From Candidatus Actinomarinales bacterium (GTDB lineage: Bacteria > Actinomycetota > Acidimicrobiia > Actinomarinales > Actinomarinaceae): 64,000 bases of DNA. The notes under the pieces were generated by a model. It did not search any database, had not been told where the DNA came from, and saw only the letters and a program-made list of their open reading frames with translations. The position numbers and the translations under genes were made by a program. The stretch is taken from assembly GCA_004213405.1 (NCBI GenBank), contig SGYR01000001.1, positions 8,866 through 72,865 on the forward strand, written 5' to 3'. Shown here piece by piece: positions 9,532 through 19,590 of this stretch; positions within the stretch are counted from its first letter, which is position 1, and every line of letters starts with the position of its first letter.

Positions 9532-10827
9532 ATGAAAAATCGTAAAGCTTTAGCTTTGATTGCGATTTTAGCACTTGTTGCTACAGCTTGTGGCGGTAGT
9601 GATGGTGGAAGTGATGAAGCGGTAGTAGAAGTTGAAACAACTGAAGCTCCTGCAACTACTGAAGCCCCTACAACTACAGCTGCTCCTGCGTCTGCTGGTG
9701 ACCCATTGGTTTTGGCATCTTTAATGCCGTTATCAGGTGACCTTGCATCGTTAGGACCTGGTATTGCACTTGGAGCTCAAGTTGCCGTAGATCAAGTTAA
9801 TGCATTAGGCGGTGTTAATGGACAAGATGTTGTTTTTCTTGAAGGAGACAGCGGTTGTAATGCAGATGTAGCCCTAACAGGTTTACAAGATGTTATTGCA
9901 CAAGGTGCACAAGGAGTTATGGGTGCTGCATGTAGTAGTGCTACTTTAGCTCTTCTTTCAAGTGTTATTGAAGCAAATGTTGCTTTAGTATCACCTTCAA
10001 GTACAAGTCCTCAATTGACAACTGTTGAAAAAGGTGGAATGTTCTCAAGAACTGCACCATCTGACGCTTTTCAAGGCGTTGTATTAGCTGCAGAATTAGT
10101 AAAAGATGGTATTGAAACAATATCAATCATTTCTAGAGCTGATTCATACGGTAGAGGATTAGCAAATGCTACACTTGAAGCTTTTGAAGCTCAAGGTGGA
10201 AGCGTTGCAAACGTCGTGTACCATGCAGCAGATGCATCAGAGTTTTCAGCAGAAGTTACAGCTGTTGGTAAAGGAAATCCAGATGCTATTGTTGCTATCT
10301 TATTTCCAGATACAACTGGTTGTCCAATAGTTCAAGGAGCTTTTGAACAAGGCTTAACTGATATTCCATGGTATTTTACTGATGGAGTAAAAGACTCAGC
10401 AACACTTATCGAGTGTTCACAGGGTGCTCTTGAAGGATTCAAGGGTGTTGCACCTGGAGCATCAGAGAGTGCTGCATTGGAAAGCTTTAAAGCTCTTTAC
10501 TCTGCCGCTACAAATGGCGAAAATGAAACATTTATTTTTGCTCCACAAGCATATGACGCAGCAATGTTAATGATTTTGTCTGCTATTGCTAATGGAACAG
10601 ATGGTAAATCTATTGCAGGTGGAATGATTGCTGCATCAGGAGGCGGAACGCCTTGTATTGGTGCAGAATGTATTGATCTTGCATTAGCAGGAGAAGATTT
10701 TGATTATGTTGGTGCATCAGGTCCTATTGATTTAGATGCAAACGGTGATCCTACTGCAGGAACATACGACATTTATCAAATTCAAGGCAGCGATTATGTT
10801 GTTCTTGAAACAATAGATTATCCATAA
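9532..10827 (+). CDS. Branched-chain amino acid ABC transporter substrate-binding lipoprotein (LivJ/LivK family)
   Basis: Lipoprotein signal ...ATACGG, Thr/Pro-rich linker, type I periplasmic binding fold; divergent from livHMGF. Confidence 0.8.
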   Translation: MKNRKALALIAILALVATACGGSDGGSDEAVVEVETTEAPATTEAPTTTAAPASAGDPLVLASLMPLSGDLASLGPGIALGAQVAVDQVNALGGVNGQDVVFLEGDSGCNADVALTGLQDVIAQGAQGVMGAACSSATLALLSSVIEANVALVSPSSTSPQLTTVEKGGMFSRTAPSDAFQGVVLAAELVKDGIETISIISRADSYGRGLANATLEAFEAQGGSVANVVYHAADASEFSAEVTAVGKGNPDAIVAILFPDTTGCPIVQGAFEQGLTDIPWYFTDGVKDSATLIECSQGALEGFKGVAPGASESAALESFKALYSAATNGENETFIFAPQAYDAAMLMILSAIANGTDGKSIAGGMIAASGGGTPCIGAECIDLALAGEDFDYVGASGPIDLDANGDPTAGTYDIYQIQGSDYVVLETIDYP

Positions 10828-10845
10828 AAAGATAAATCTTTAAAT

Positions 10846-10880
10846 AAAAGCCCCTTGAGTTTTACTTAAGGGGCTTTTAC
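10846..10880. terminator. Bidirectional intrinsic terminator between convergent SBP gene and livF
   Basis: 9-bp GC-rich stem AAGCCCCTT/AAGGGGCTT with 11-nt loop, T-runs on both strands. Confidence 0.7.
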
Positions 10881-11587
10881 ATTTTCCCCAAATATAGTTC
10901 AATAACTTTTTCATCATTTAGAAGTTCTTTTCCAAGACCACTATATGCATTTCTTCCCTGGTCAAGAACATACCCTCTATTGCTTATCTCAAGTGATCTT
11001 CTTGCATTTTGTTCAACAATTAAAATTGAAACCCCAGAAGTGTTTATTTCTTCAATCGATTCAAAAACTTCATCAACTGCACTTGGAGACAAGCCTGCAG
11101 AAGGTTCGTCTAAAAGCAGTATTTCTGGTTTAGATATCAAAGCTCTACCCAAAGCTAACATCTGCCTTTGACCTCCAGATAAATTTCCAGCTTTTTCATT
11201 ATTCCTTTCTTTTAGAATAGGAAATAATTCATATACATCATCAAAATTTTTTTTATTCATTTTTTTTCTATTACCCATCTCAAGGTTTTCTTGCAATGAT
11301 AATGATGGGAAAACATTGTTTACCTGGGGTACATACCCAAGACCTTCATGGATAATTTTATACGTTGGAGTATTTGTTTTATCTGAGCCATTAAGGTAAA
11401 ACCTCCCAGCATTTATTTTTATTATTCCAACAATAGCTTTCAATAGTGTCGATTTACCAGCACCATTTGGACCAATAATTGAAACAATTTCACCAGAATT
11501 TAATACAAGGTCAACACCATTTAATATATTTAGACCCTTTACGTATCCAGCTGCAATTCCAGTACATTCAAGAACGGGTTTATTCAT
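10877..11587 (-). CDS. livF: Branched-chain amino acid ABC transporter ATP-binding protein
   Basis: Walker A GPNGAGKST, signature LSGGQRQ, Walker B LLLDEP. Confidence 0.85.
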   Translation of the reverse strand: MNKPVLECTGIAAGYVKGLNILNGVDLVLNSGEIVSIIGPNGAGKSTLLKAIVGIIKINAGRFYLNGSDKTNTPTYKIIHEGLGYVPQVNNVFPSLSLQENLEMGNRKKMNKKNFDDVYELFPILKERNNEKAGNLSGGQRQMLALGRALISKPEILLLDEPSAGLSPSAVDEVFESIEEINTSGVSILIVEQNARRSLEISNRGYVLDQGRNAYSGLGKELLNDEKVIELYLGKM

Positions 11588-12350
11588 TAGATTTTCCTAG
11601 ATAGGCTGAAACAACTTTTTCATTGGCTCTTATTTCGTCAGAACTTCCCTCAGCAATTACGGAACCTTCTGCTAAAACAACTATATGATCTGAAACTTTC
11701 ATCACTGCGCTAATATTATGTTCTACCATCAAAATTGAAATTCCCTCTTTTACAAAAGTATTTATCAAACTCAGAATATCTTCAGAAAGTTTTGGATTTA
11801 CACCTGCAAGAGGTTCATCCAACAGTAGAATTTTAGGTTTTTGAATAATTACACGTGCAAGCTCAAGTAACTTTTTTTGGCCTCCCGACAATTCTCTCGC
11901 ATAAGAATCTTTCATATGATAAAGATTTACCATGTTTAATACTTCATTCTTTCTTTCATTCAACTCTTGTTCTATTTTCGACTTAATTGAGGATTTAAAT
12001 AATGAATTAATAAATCTATCATTTTTTAATGAAGATGCAGAAAATAAAATATTTTCATTTACAGTCATTCTGTCAAAAACTTTTGTTAACTGAAATGTTC
12101 TCACCATTCCTAGCCTTGATATCTTAAAAGACTCTAGATTAGATATATTTTTTCCATCAAAAGTTGTAGTTCCACTATCTTGCTTTGTGAATCCTGTGAT
12201 TAGGTCAAAGAATGTTGTTTTTCCTGCCCCATTTGGGCCTATTAAGCTTATAATTTTGTTTCTTTCAAAATTTAAGCTGGTGATATCAACGGCCTTTAAC
12301 CCACCAAAGCTTTTTCTAAGATTTTTTATTTCAAGGATGTTATTTGACAT
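11580..12350 (-). CDS. livG: Branched-chain amino acid ABC transporter ATP-binding protein
   Basis: Walker A GPNGAGKTT, LSGGQKK, LLLDEP; LivG-type insert. Confidence 0.85.
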   Translation of the reverse strand: MSNNILEIKNLRKSFGGLKAVDITSLNFERNKIISLIGPNGAGKTTFFDLITGFTKQDSGTTTFDGKNISNLESFKISRLGMVRTFQLTKVFDRMTVNENILFSASSLKNDRFINSLFKSSIKSKIEQELNERKNEVLNMVNLYHMKDSYARELSGGQKKLLELARVIIQKPKILLLDEPLAGVNPKLSEDILSLINTFVKEGISILMVEHNISAVMKVSDHIVVLAEGSVIAEGSSDEIRANEKVVSAYLGKSNE

Positions 12351-13395
12351 CTAAAAGCAATTCCTCTTTTTTACCCATTATTCCACTTGGTCTCAAAATC
12401 ATGAGAGCAATGATTAGAACACCTACCAACATAAACCTAACTCCTGCAATCTGTTGTCCATCAGCATTTTCAAAAATTAATGAAGCAAGTTGATCTGTTT
12501 CTGATATAAATGCCCAAAAAAGTATAGAGCCAAAAATTGGCCCCGAAATGCTTCCAACCCCGCCAAGGATCATTATTGCCCATATATAAAATGTCAATAA
12601 AGGAACAAACATCTCGACTTGTAATGTCCCATAATTAAATGCCAACAAGATACCAGATAGGCCTGCTATTGAAGCACCTAGCATGAAACTTTGTAATTTT
12701 AACCAAACAGCATTTTTTCCTAAAGCTCTTACAGCATCTTCATCTTCTCTTACTGCTCTCAAAGCTCTTCCCCATGGTGAATTCTGTAGCCTTTTTAATA
12801 GAAAAACTAAAAGGATAACCATGATCCATGAAAAAGTTGCCACCCAAAGCTGTCCCACAGAAACATCAAGTCTTAAAGAAAGGTCTTCTAAAAATTTAGG
12901 TCTTATATCTTGAAATACATCTGAAAAAGAAATAACTCCATAAACTCCACCCGTAAGATCTTCTTGATCTCTTACAACAAGTCTAAAAATTTCAGAAGAA
13001 GCAATTGTTACGATAGCCAAATAGTCACCGCGTAATCTTATCGCAGGAAGTCCTATTATTAATCCAAAAATAGCTGAAGCAACCAGTCCAATTAATATCG
13101 CTAAAAATAATGGCAGTCCTTCCTCATTTATACTTCCTTCTCGCCCTGCTGCATGTGGGATCAGAAGAATTGTTGTATACGCTCCAACACCCATAAAAGC
13201 AGCGTGTCCAAAATTAATTAATCCAGTCCATCCAAAGTGGATATTCAGTCCAATTGCAGAAATTGCATATATTCCAGCAAATGCCATTAAGTTTATGAAT
13301 ATCCTTGTTGGTCCTTCATCATTTAATAAATATATTGATCCAATTGAAAATACAATTAAAGATAAACCAATCAAATTTCTTTTCAAGTCGGTCAT
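12340..13395 (-). CDS. livM: Branched-chain amino acid ABC transporter permease
   Basis: Polytopic permease, LivM-like; operon context. Confidence 0.8.
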   Translation of the reverse strand: MTDLKRNLIGLSLIVFSIGSIYLLNDEGPTRIFINLMAFAGIYAISAIGLNIHFGWTGLINFGHAAFMGVGAYTTILLIPHAAGREGSINEEGLPLFLAILIGLVASAIFGLIIGLPAIRLRGDYLAIVTIASSEIFRLVVRDQEDLTGGVYGVISFSDVFQDIRPKFLEDLSLRLDVSVGQLWVATFSWIMVILLVFLLKRLQNSPWGRALRAVREDEDAVRALGKNAVWLKLQSFMLGASIAGLSGILLAFNYGTLQVEMFVPLLTFYIWAIMILGGVGSISGPIFGSILFWAFISETDQLASLIFENADGQQIAGVRFMLVGVLIIALMILRPSGIMGKKEELLLDVK

Positions 13396-14309
13396 GATAT
13401 TCTTTCTTTTATTCCAAATATTCCTTGGGGCCTAATCAATAAGATAAATATCATTATCGCAAGTGCAATTGCATTTTTAGCTTCAGCGTGACCTTCCATA
13501 AAAGGTAGAGCTACAGAGACCTGAACAACTATCCCGATTATGAATCCACCAACCATTGCTCCAAAAGATGTTCCGATACCACCAAGTACGGTCCCTGCAA
13601 AAACCAAGAGTAGTATTAAAAATCCCATATTCCATCTGACGTCATTAATCATTCCCTGAAAAATTCCCGCAGTTCCTGCTAGCATTGACGAAAGAATCCA
13701 TGTATAAAGAATTATTCTGTCAGAATTAATTCCTGAAATATTTGCAAGTTCTGTTGAGTCTCTTACTGCTCTCATTTGTTTTCCAATACTTGTAAATGAA
13801 ATAAATAGCCCAAATATTACCATTATCAGAATTCCATAAACAATTATTTTAAAATCACGTGGAGTAAGGTCAAAAATAAAATACTGCTGTCTTCTTTGAA
13901 GGTCTAGGGGATAATCCTGTGGTTTACTTGATGCAAATATTAGATATAAATGTCTTAGAAAAATTGAAATACCGATTGTTATAACAAGAACGGCTATATT
14001 GCCAAAATCATTTCTTCTGAGAGGTCTAAACACACATAGCTCTAATAAAGCACCAAAAATTCCACAGATCATTATCGACAAAGCAAGGGAGAGTTCGAAG
14101 CTTAATCCTAACGGAGAAGTATTCTCCAAAAAAATATATCTTGATGTCGGAAGGTTAGAAAAAAAAGATGCCATTATTGCCCCCAAAGCAATAATTTCAC
14201 CATGAGCAAAATTAACTATTCTTGTGACACCATACAACAAAGATAGCGCTACAGAGGCTACAGAAATAATTATACCTAATAACAGCCCATTACCAAGTTG
14301 GTCTAACAA
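13392..14309 (-). CDS. livH: Branched-chain amino acid ABC transporter permease
   Basis: Polytopic permease, LivH-like; operon context. Confidence 0.8.
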   Translation of the reverse strand: MLDQLGNGLLLGIIISVASVALSLLYGVTRIVNFAHGEIIALGAIMASFFSNLPTSRYIFLENTSPLGLSFELSLALSIMICGIFGALLELCVFRPLRRNDFGNIAVLVITIGISIFLRHLYLIFASSKPQDYPLDLQRRQQYFIFDLTPRDFKIIVYGILIMVIFGLFISFTSIGKQMRAVRDSTELANISGINSDRIILYTWILSSMLAGTAGIFQGMINDVRWNMGFLILLLVFAGTVLGGIGTSFGAMVGGFIIGIVVQVSVALPFMEGHAEAKNAIALAIMIFILLIRPQGIFGIKERIS

Positions 14310-15167
14310 TCAGGAACCATCTTTTTCATCATAAAACTTAACATCAGAACCATCCTCTACAATTATCTTTAATTTATATACTTCATCAGCTTGGTTTAAA
14401 TATCCTATTGTAGCATCTATCCATGAGGCTGGGGTCTCTACTTTTCCTATAACTACAACTGCCAAATCTTCAGATACCCTTACTTCAAAATTTCCATTTA
14501 TCTTCAATTCTTCAACTTCTAATCCTTCACCAAGAAAGATGCTTCCAGTACCTGCAATTCTTGAATCGTTTAATTTAATGTTGTCTAAATTTATTTCGGA
14601 ATTGAAAGATATTAAATTTAGTTGCCACATGTTTTTATTTCCAATATTGACATTCCATCCCGCAACTTTTAAAAGAGTTGATGTTTGCATTTCTCGAAAC
14701 AAAACAGCTTTAGGTTCTCCAACTAAAGTTTCAACTGCTTCTGGGTAACCTATATTTCCTGGTTTATCTATAACGTCGGCCGTATAGCCTGTTTCATTAA
14801 AAGTATTTAAATTTATACTTCCACTTGTATCAATAACAAGTAAATATTCTGAATCTTTGTTGAGTTCCCTATTTTCTAGATATGAAGGGAAACTATAAGT
14901 TGTTAGAAATTTTGCATCAAAAATCTGAGCGATTGGAAACAATAATAAAACTGCTGATAGATATATAGATAGATAAAAATAAATCCTATTGGTAATTTTT
15001 TTGATGTTTAAATATAAATAAATAACTGCAGGAATAATAGTAAAAGGGAAAAAATCAATATAGTCATAGATAATAGAAGGTCTCAGATAACCAAAAAAAT
15101 ACAGGGCAATTTGAACAGCTATTATTGAAAATATAAAAATTTTAAAAGAATTTATATACTTAATCAC
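14310..15167 (-). CDS. Hypothetical membrane-anchored protein (3 N-terminal TM + ~180 aa extracytoplasmic domain)
   Basis: ORF abuts livH start with no gap (same strand); no recognisable family. Confidence 0.45.
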   Translation of the reverse strand: MIKYINSFKIFIFSIIAVQIALYFFGYLRPSIIYDYIDFFPFTIIPAVIYLYLNIKKITNRIYFYLSIYLSAVLLLFPIAQIFDAKFLTTYSFPSYLENRELNKDSEYLLVIDTSGSINLNTFNETGYTADVIDKPGNIGYPEAVETLVGEPKAVLFREMQTSTLLKVAGWNVNIGNKNMWQLNLISFNSEINLDNIKLNDSRIAGTGSIFLGEGLEVEELKINGNFEVRVSEDLAVVVIGKVETPASWIDATIGYLNQADEVYKLKIIVEDGSDVKFYDEKDGS

Positions 15168-15171
15168 TCAG

Positions 15172-15244
15172 AGCCGGAGAGGGGAGTCGAACCCCTGACC
15201 TGCCGATTACAAGTCGGCTGCTCTGGCCACTGAGCTACTCCGGC
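15172..15244 (-). tRNA. tRNA-Thr (anticodon UGU)
   Basis: Cloverleaf: acceptor GCCGGAG/CTCCGGC, D-arm GCTC..GAGC, anticodon stem GCCGA/TCGGC with loop CTTGTAA, T-arm AGGGG-TTCGACT-CCCCT. Confidence 0.9.
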
Positions 15245-15277
15245 AAACAGTAAAATAATAGCAAAATCAGTATTGAA

Positions 15278-16012
15278 TCAGCTACTTTTTTTAAAAAAAT
15301 GGTTCATTGCAATCGCTGCAGCAACAGAGGCGTTAAGTGATTCGACAGTTTTGTTCATATTTATTTTTACAATTAAATCTAATTTGTTTTGTATCTCATT
15401 ACTTAATCCATTTTCTTCCGAACCAATAAATAGGGCAACTTTTTGATTATTCAAGTCAACATTCAATAAATCCTCTTTGGTATCCATTTCCAAGCCAACA
15501 GTCCAATACTCAAGTGACTTTAGTTTCTTGATTAAAGAAAAAATAGAATTATAAAAAACAATATTTACATTTTCAAGACCACCTGAAGAAATTGCAAAAG
15601 TTCTCTCTGAAATATTTACTGACCTTTTTTTTGGAATGCAAACTATATTAAAGTCAAATGCTGATGAAGTTCTGGTTATAGCACCAAAATTATTTGTATC
15701 TTGAATATGATCCAGTACAACAATGTTGCTAAGTGTTAACTGATCAAAAGTTTTTTCATCATAGGTCTTTTTGGGAGTACAAAGCGCAACAACCGAATGC
15801 CTATTGTTATATGTCCAACTATCTTTTTTACTAATTTTTTCAACTATTAATCCTTTATTTTTTGCTTTCTCAATTAATAGCTCTAAACGCTGTGATGTAG
15901 TTTTATCAGATTCTAAGAAGATAACTTTTTCTGCTCGATCAGAATCAATAGCACTATTTACTGAATTTATTCCTTCAACTATTTTCCCAATACCAGGCAC
16001 TATCATCACCAT
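15278..16012 (-). CDS. TrmH/SpoU family RNA 2'-O-methyltransferase (RlmB-like)
   Basis: SpoU MTase C-terminal motifs (GSEENGLS, VESLNASVAAAIAM); downstream of cysS as in actinobacterial ispDF-cysS-rlmB block; N-terminal start probably later than 16012 (overlap with cysS). Confidence 0.75.
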   Translation of the reverse strand: MVMIVPGIGKIVEGINSVNSAIDSDRAEKVIFLESDKTTSQRLELLIEKAKNKGLIVEKISKKDSWTYNNRHSVVALCTPKKTYDEKTFDQLTLSNIVVLDHIQDTNNFGAITRTSSAFDFNIVCIPKKRSVNISERTFAISSGGLENVNIVFYNSIFSLIKKLKSLEYWTVGLEMDTKEDLLNVDLNNQKVALFIGSEENGLSNEIQNKLDLIVKINMNKTVESLNASVAAAIAMNHFFKKSS

Positions 16013-17372
16013 CCTTAATTAACAAGCCTATTTCTTTTAATTTATCTCTCATAACATCAGCTTGATTAAAATCCTTATCGCTTCTAAGTTTTTCTCTTTT
16101 TGCAAGAAATTCTTCCATTGCTTGTTCTAAATTGTCATAATTTATTTGAAATGTATTGAAAAATTTGGAAAGTTCATCGTGATTTATTTTTACATTATCT
16201 TTGATGTCAAAGTTAAAACCTAAGATTTCAAATATAAATTTAATAGTTTCTTTTAAATTTTTCTCTTCATCTTCACTGTAATTGCTTAGATTATTCATTT
16301 TTTCGAAGATTTCTCCTAAAAACTTTGGTGTATTTAAATCATCATTCATAGAATTTTTGAATGTTTCAATAACTGATAAATCTGAAACATTAGCCTTAAC
16401 ACCACTTGTGAAGTCCTGTATTCTTTTAAAAGTTGTTTTTGACTCTTCTAATAAGCCTTCGGAAAACTCCTGTGGCTTTCGATAGTGTGATCTTAAAAAG
16501 AAAAATCTAATAATATTTCCACCAAACTTATCTATATATTCATTTAGGAGTTTTATATTACCTTCCGATTTTGACATTTTTTGTCCTGAAAGATTAATCA
16601 TGCCATTATGTAACCAGTATTTTACAAATACTTGATTTTCAAATGCAGCAGAAGATTGTGCAAGCTCATTTTCATGGTGAGGAAAAATTAAATCATTACC
16701 TCCACAATGAATATCAATGCCCGAATTGAATATTTTATCTATCATGGCAGAGCATTCAATGTGCCACCCAGGCCTCCCATCCCCCCAAGGTGAATTCCAC
16801 GAGGGTTCGTTTTCCATTGAAATCTTCCATAGCGCAAAATCTTCAGTATTTTTCTTATCAGACTCTATGTCAACTCTGGTTCCAGAAATGACTTCATCTT
16901 TATTTCTACCCGATAATTTCAAATAATCTTTAAATTTAGTAACTTCAAAATAAACACCTGATTGTGTTACGTATGCATATTCATTTTCAATCAGGGTCTC
17001 AATAAAATTTATTATATGATCTATAGTCTCTGTAGCCTTGGGTTCATTATCTGGTGGTAAGCAATTCAGGTTCTTATAGGCATCTTGAAATTCTTTTGTT
17101 ACTCTATCAGCTAATTCCTTGGTAGTGATTCCTTCTTCTGCTGCCCTTTCAATTATTTTGTCTTCAATATCAGTTATATTTCTAACAAAATTAACTTCGT
17201 AGTCTAGATAAACCAGATATCTAATTAAAAAATCAAAAACTACAGCAGATCTTCCATGCCCAATGTGTGGTGAAGATTGTACTGTTGGGCCACAAAGATA
17301 AATTTTTACATTATCTGAAATTGGTTTAAACTCCTCCACAACGTTGGAATATGTATTATGTAGTTTAAGCAT
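15975..17372 (-). CDS. cysS: Cysteine--tRNA ligase
   Basis: Class I HIGH (HIGHGRS) and KMSKS motifs. Confidence 0.95.
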   Translation of the reverse strand: MLKLHNTYSNVVEEFKPISDNVKIYLCGPTVQSSPHIGHGRSAVVFDFLIRYLVYLDYEVNFVRNITDIEDKIIERAAEEGITTKELADRVTKEFQDAYKNLNCLPPDNEPKATETIDHIINFIETLIENEYAYVTQSGVYFEVTKFKDYLKLSGRNKDEVISGTRVDIESDKKNTEDFALWKISMENEPSWNSPWGDGRPGWHIECSAMIDKIFNSGIDIHCGGNDLIFPHHENELAQSSAAFENQVFVKYWLHNGMINLSGQKMSKSEGNIKLLNEYIDKFGGNIIRFFFLRSHYRKPQEFSEGLLEESKTTFKRIQDFTSGVKANVSDLSVIETFKNSMNDDLNTPKFLGEIFEKMNNLSNYSEDEEKNLKETIKFIFEILGFNFDIKDNVKINHDELSKFFNTFQINYDNLEQAMEEFLAKREKLRSDKDFNQADVMRDKLKEIGLLIKDGDDSAWYWENS

Positions 17373-17835
17373 CTTTCACCGAAACTAATACAATACAAGC
17401 TGATGCTATACCATCTCCAATCACACCTAGGTTATCAAAAGACTTACCCTTTACATTTATTAATTGTTTGTCAATCCTTAGTAAATCAGCAAGATTTGAA
17501 ATAATAGCCTCAGATATTTTTGTAATGTTTATAACTTGTGAAACAACAGTTATGTCAATATTGTTTATAACTACTTTGTCATACTCAATAATTTCTAAAA
17601 CTTTATTTAACATTTCCACGCTCGATATATTTTTCGGCGTACTTTCATTAGATGGAAAATAAAAACCTAGATCTTTTTTTGCTTTAGATCCAAGCAATGC
17701 ATCGCTGAGTGAATGTAGAATTATATCTCCATCCGAATGAGCTTCAAAACCAGGTCCTTCGACCGATATCCCTCCGAGGACTAATTTTTCATCATTAGAA
17801 TGTTTGTGTATATCAAAACCATTACCTACAAGCAT
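17365..17835 (-). CDS. ispF: 2-C-methyl-D-erythritol 2,4-cyclodiphosphate synthase
   Basis: GNGFDIHK...HSDGDI motifs. Confidence 0.85.
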   Translation of the reverse strand: MLVGNGFDIHKHSNDEKLVLGGISVEGPGFEAHSDGDIILHSLSDALLGSKAKKDLGFYFPSNESTPKNISSVEMLNKVLEIIEYDKVVINNIDITVVSQVINITKISEAIISNLADLLRIDKQLINVKGKSFDNLGVIGDGIASACIVLVSVKDA

Positions 17836-17861
17836 TATGCCTCTTTTGATTTATATATAAA

Positions 17862-18431
17862 TTATAAACCGTCGTCAGGGTCTTCCTCAGGAAGATATTG
17901 GTTAATTTTTTCTACAGCTGCTTCTTCATCAATACTTAATGCACATGCTATTTCACTTGCTAGAGTTGTTCTTGCTTTTGCTAGCATTCTCTTAAGTGCA
18001 GGTGATATGCCCTTGTTAATTTGAGCGTGTGTAAGGTCTCTAACAACTTCAGCAACCTGTATAACATCTCCAGAAGTCATTTTTTCTGTCAAAACTTTGT
18101 ACCATCTACTCCAATTAGTACCTGCCTCTTCTGGTTTTTCTTTAAATATAGGAAACACTTTTCTTGAGACTGCATTTTTTGAGATAACAGGTCTTATAAC
18201 TTCATCGACATTTTCTACTGGCACCATTACTAGTAATCCATCTGTAAGGACTTCAATCTCAAAGTACTGTCTTCGTTTTGATTTTACTTCACCATTTTCA
18301 TCAAAAATTTCAACATTCTTGTTAACTTTTCTAACAACTTTTGCAGCGCCATGGTGGGGATGAACTACAAATTGGTTTGGTTTATATTTATCAGCAGTTT
18401 TTTTTGTTTTTGTTGCCATAGATGTCAACAA
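17862..18431 (-). CDS. carD: CarD family transcriptional regulator (RNA polymerase-binding)
   Basis: N-terminal CarD/TRCF RID-like domain (FVVHPHHGAAKVV), C-terminal helical domain; upstream of ispF as in mycobacteria. Confidence 0.8.
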   Translation of the reverse strand: MLTSMATKTKKTADKYKPNQFVVHPHHGAAKVVRKVNKNVEIFDENGEVKSKRRQYFEIEVLTDGLLVMVPVENVDEVIRPVISKNAVSRKVFPIFKEKPEEAGTNWSRWYKVLTEKMTSGDVIQVAEVVRDLTHAQINKGISPALKRMLAKARTTLASEIACALSIDEEAAVEKINQYLPEEDPDDGL

Positions 18432-18451
18432 TACTATATATTCAGAACTAT

Positions 18452-19510
18452 TTAATGTCCATTTATATATGAAAAACCTATATTTTTAAGCAATGTATCG
18501 AAATAATCTCTTAATTGTTGTGCCCTACTTCTTCCAATACCCTCAACTTCAAACAATTTTTCTGGTGAAGCAGTGAGTAATTTTGGTAATGTTTTAAATT
18601 TTTGAATAATTTGATCATGTAAATTTTCAGGTAATCCTGGTAATCTTGCGAGAACCCTATATCCTTTTGATACTGAAATGTCATCAAGAGGTAGCTTGGA
18701 CAACACGCTGCCAAGATAATCTACCGCATTCAATTCATCATATGACAATTTACTTATATCATTAATAGCTTTAGTGGTAGTTCTAAATTTCCTTGCTGGA
18801 AGGTGGTCTTTTAAAACAAGATTTAATGTATTTAGAACACCTGATTCTAAAGAATCTATCTGAATCATGATCAATCCAGCATCCTCACCAAGTTTAAGTG
18901 CTTCAGCTTTGACTTGGTTAGCAAGCCGAGTAAGAAGTTCTCCTCTTTGAATGACTTCTAAAACTTCTTGATTTGTTAATGTGTTTTCAATCTCAAGCTC
19001 TCCTAAATTTGTTACAGCGTCGTCAAACCTTCTTCTCATCCTGTCAACTGATTGCAAAGATTCATTAACTCTTCCTAGTATTGCTGATGACTCCTCCAAC
19101 TCTATGGTCTGAAGGTTTTCAAATACTTTAATTAAAGAGGTTTCTTCAGATACAGCTATCACTGTCAAACCAGTAGAAGCTGAAGTTCGTTCTGCAGTTC
19201 TGTGCCTAGTTCCAGTTTGTGTAGTAGAAATTGAGTCACTTGGGTTTAAATGAACATTAGCTTTTAAAATTTTTGTAACACTCTCATTTACAACAATAGC
19301 GCCATCCATTTTTGATAATTCTGAAAGCATCTCAGGTGAAAATTCACAATCATTTAAAGTTAGTCCGCCTGAAGAAAGTTTTTGTAATTTTGTTGTTGAA
19401 CCTATGACGATTAGTGCTCCTGCTTTTTTGTCAGCAATTAAATCAACACCAATCCTTAAAGGTTGGCCTGGTAATAACTGACTTACACTTCTGTTATTGT
19501 TTAAGTTCAT
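18452..19510 (-). CDS. disA: DNA integrity scanning protein DisA (diadenylate cyclase)
   Basis: DAC domain motifs DGAIVV and TRHRTAER, C-terminal HhH domain. Confidence 0.9.
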   Translation of the reverse strand: MNLNNNRSVSQLLPGQPLRIGVDLIADKKAGALIVIGSTTKLQKLSSGGLTLNDCEFSPEMLSELSKMDGAIVVNESVTKILKANVHLNPSDSISTTQTGTRHRTAERTSASTGLTVIAVSEETSLIKVFENLQTIELEESSAILGRVNESLQSVDRMRRRFDDAVTNLGELEIENTLTNQEVLEVIQRGELLTRLANQVKAEALKLGEDAGLIMIQIDSLESGVLNTLNLVLKDHLPARKFRTTTKAINDISKLSYDELNAVDYLGSVLSKLPLDDISVSKGYRVLARLPGLPENLHDQIIQKFKTLPKLLTASPEKLFEVEGIGRSRAQQLRDYFDTLLKNIGFSYINGH

Positions 19511-19590
19511 ATTCCTCTTTATTATTTGAACAATATTGTTATTTGAATGTTACTGTATTATTTTATAAATAGGGACAATAGGCTAATTAA

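Noticed and set aside
15168-15277. tRNA-Thr as potential integration hotspot / genomic island boundary
   Set aside because: No integrase, direct repeat of tRNA 3' end, or compositional shift nearby; flanks are conserved housekeeping genes.
18511-18714. 67-aa minus-strand ORF in alternative frame inside disA
   Set aside because: Same strand, different frame, within conserved DisA HhH region; no evidence for overlapping gene.
19335-19352. GGTGAAAATTCACAAT Rex-like half palindrome
   Set aside because: Wrong spacing/left half-site and lies inside the disA coding sequence.
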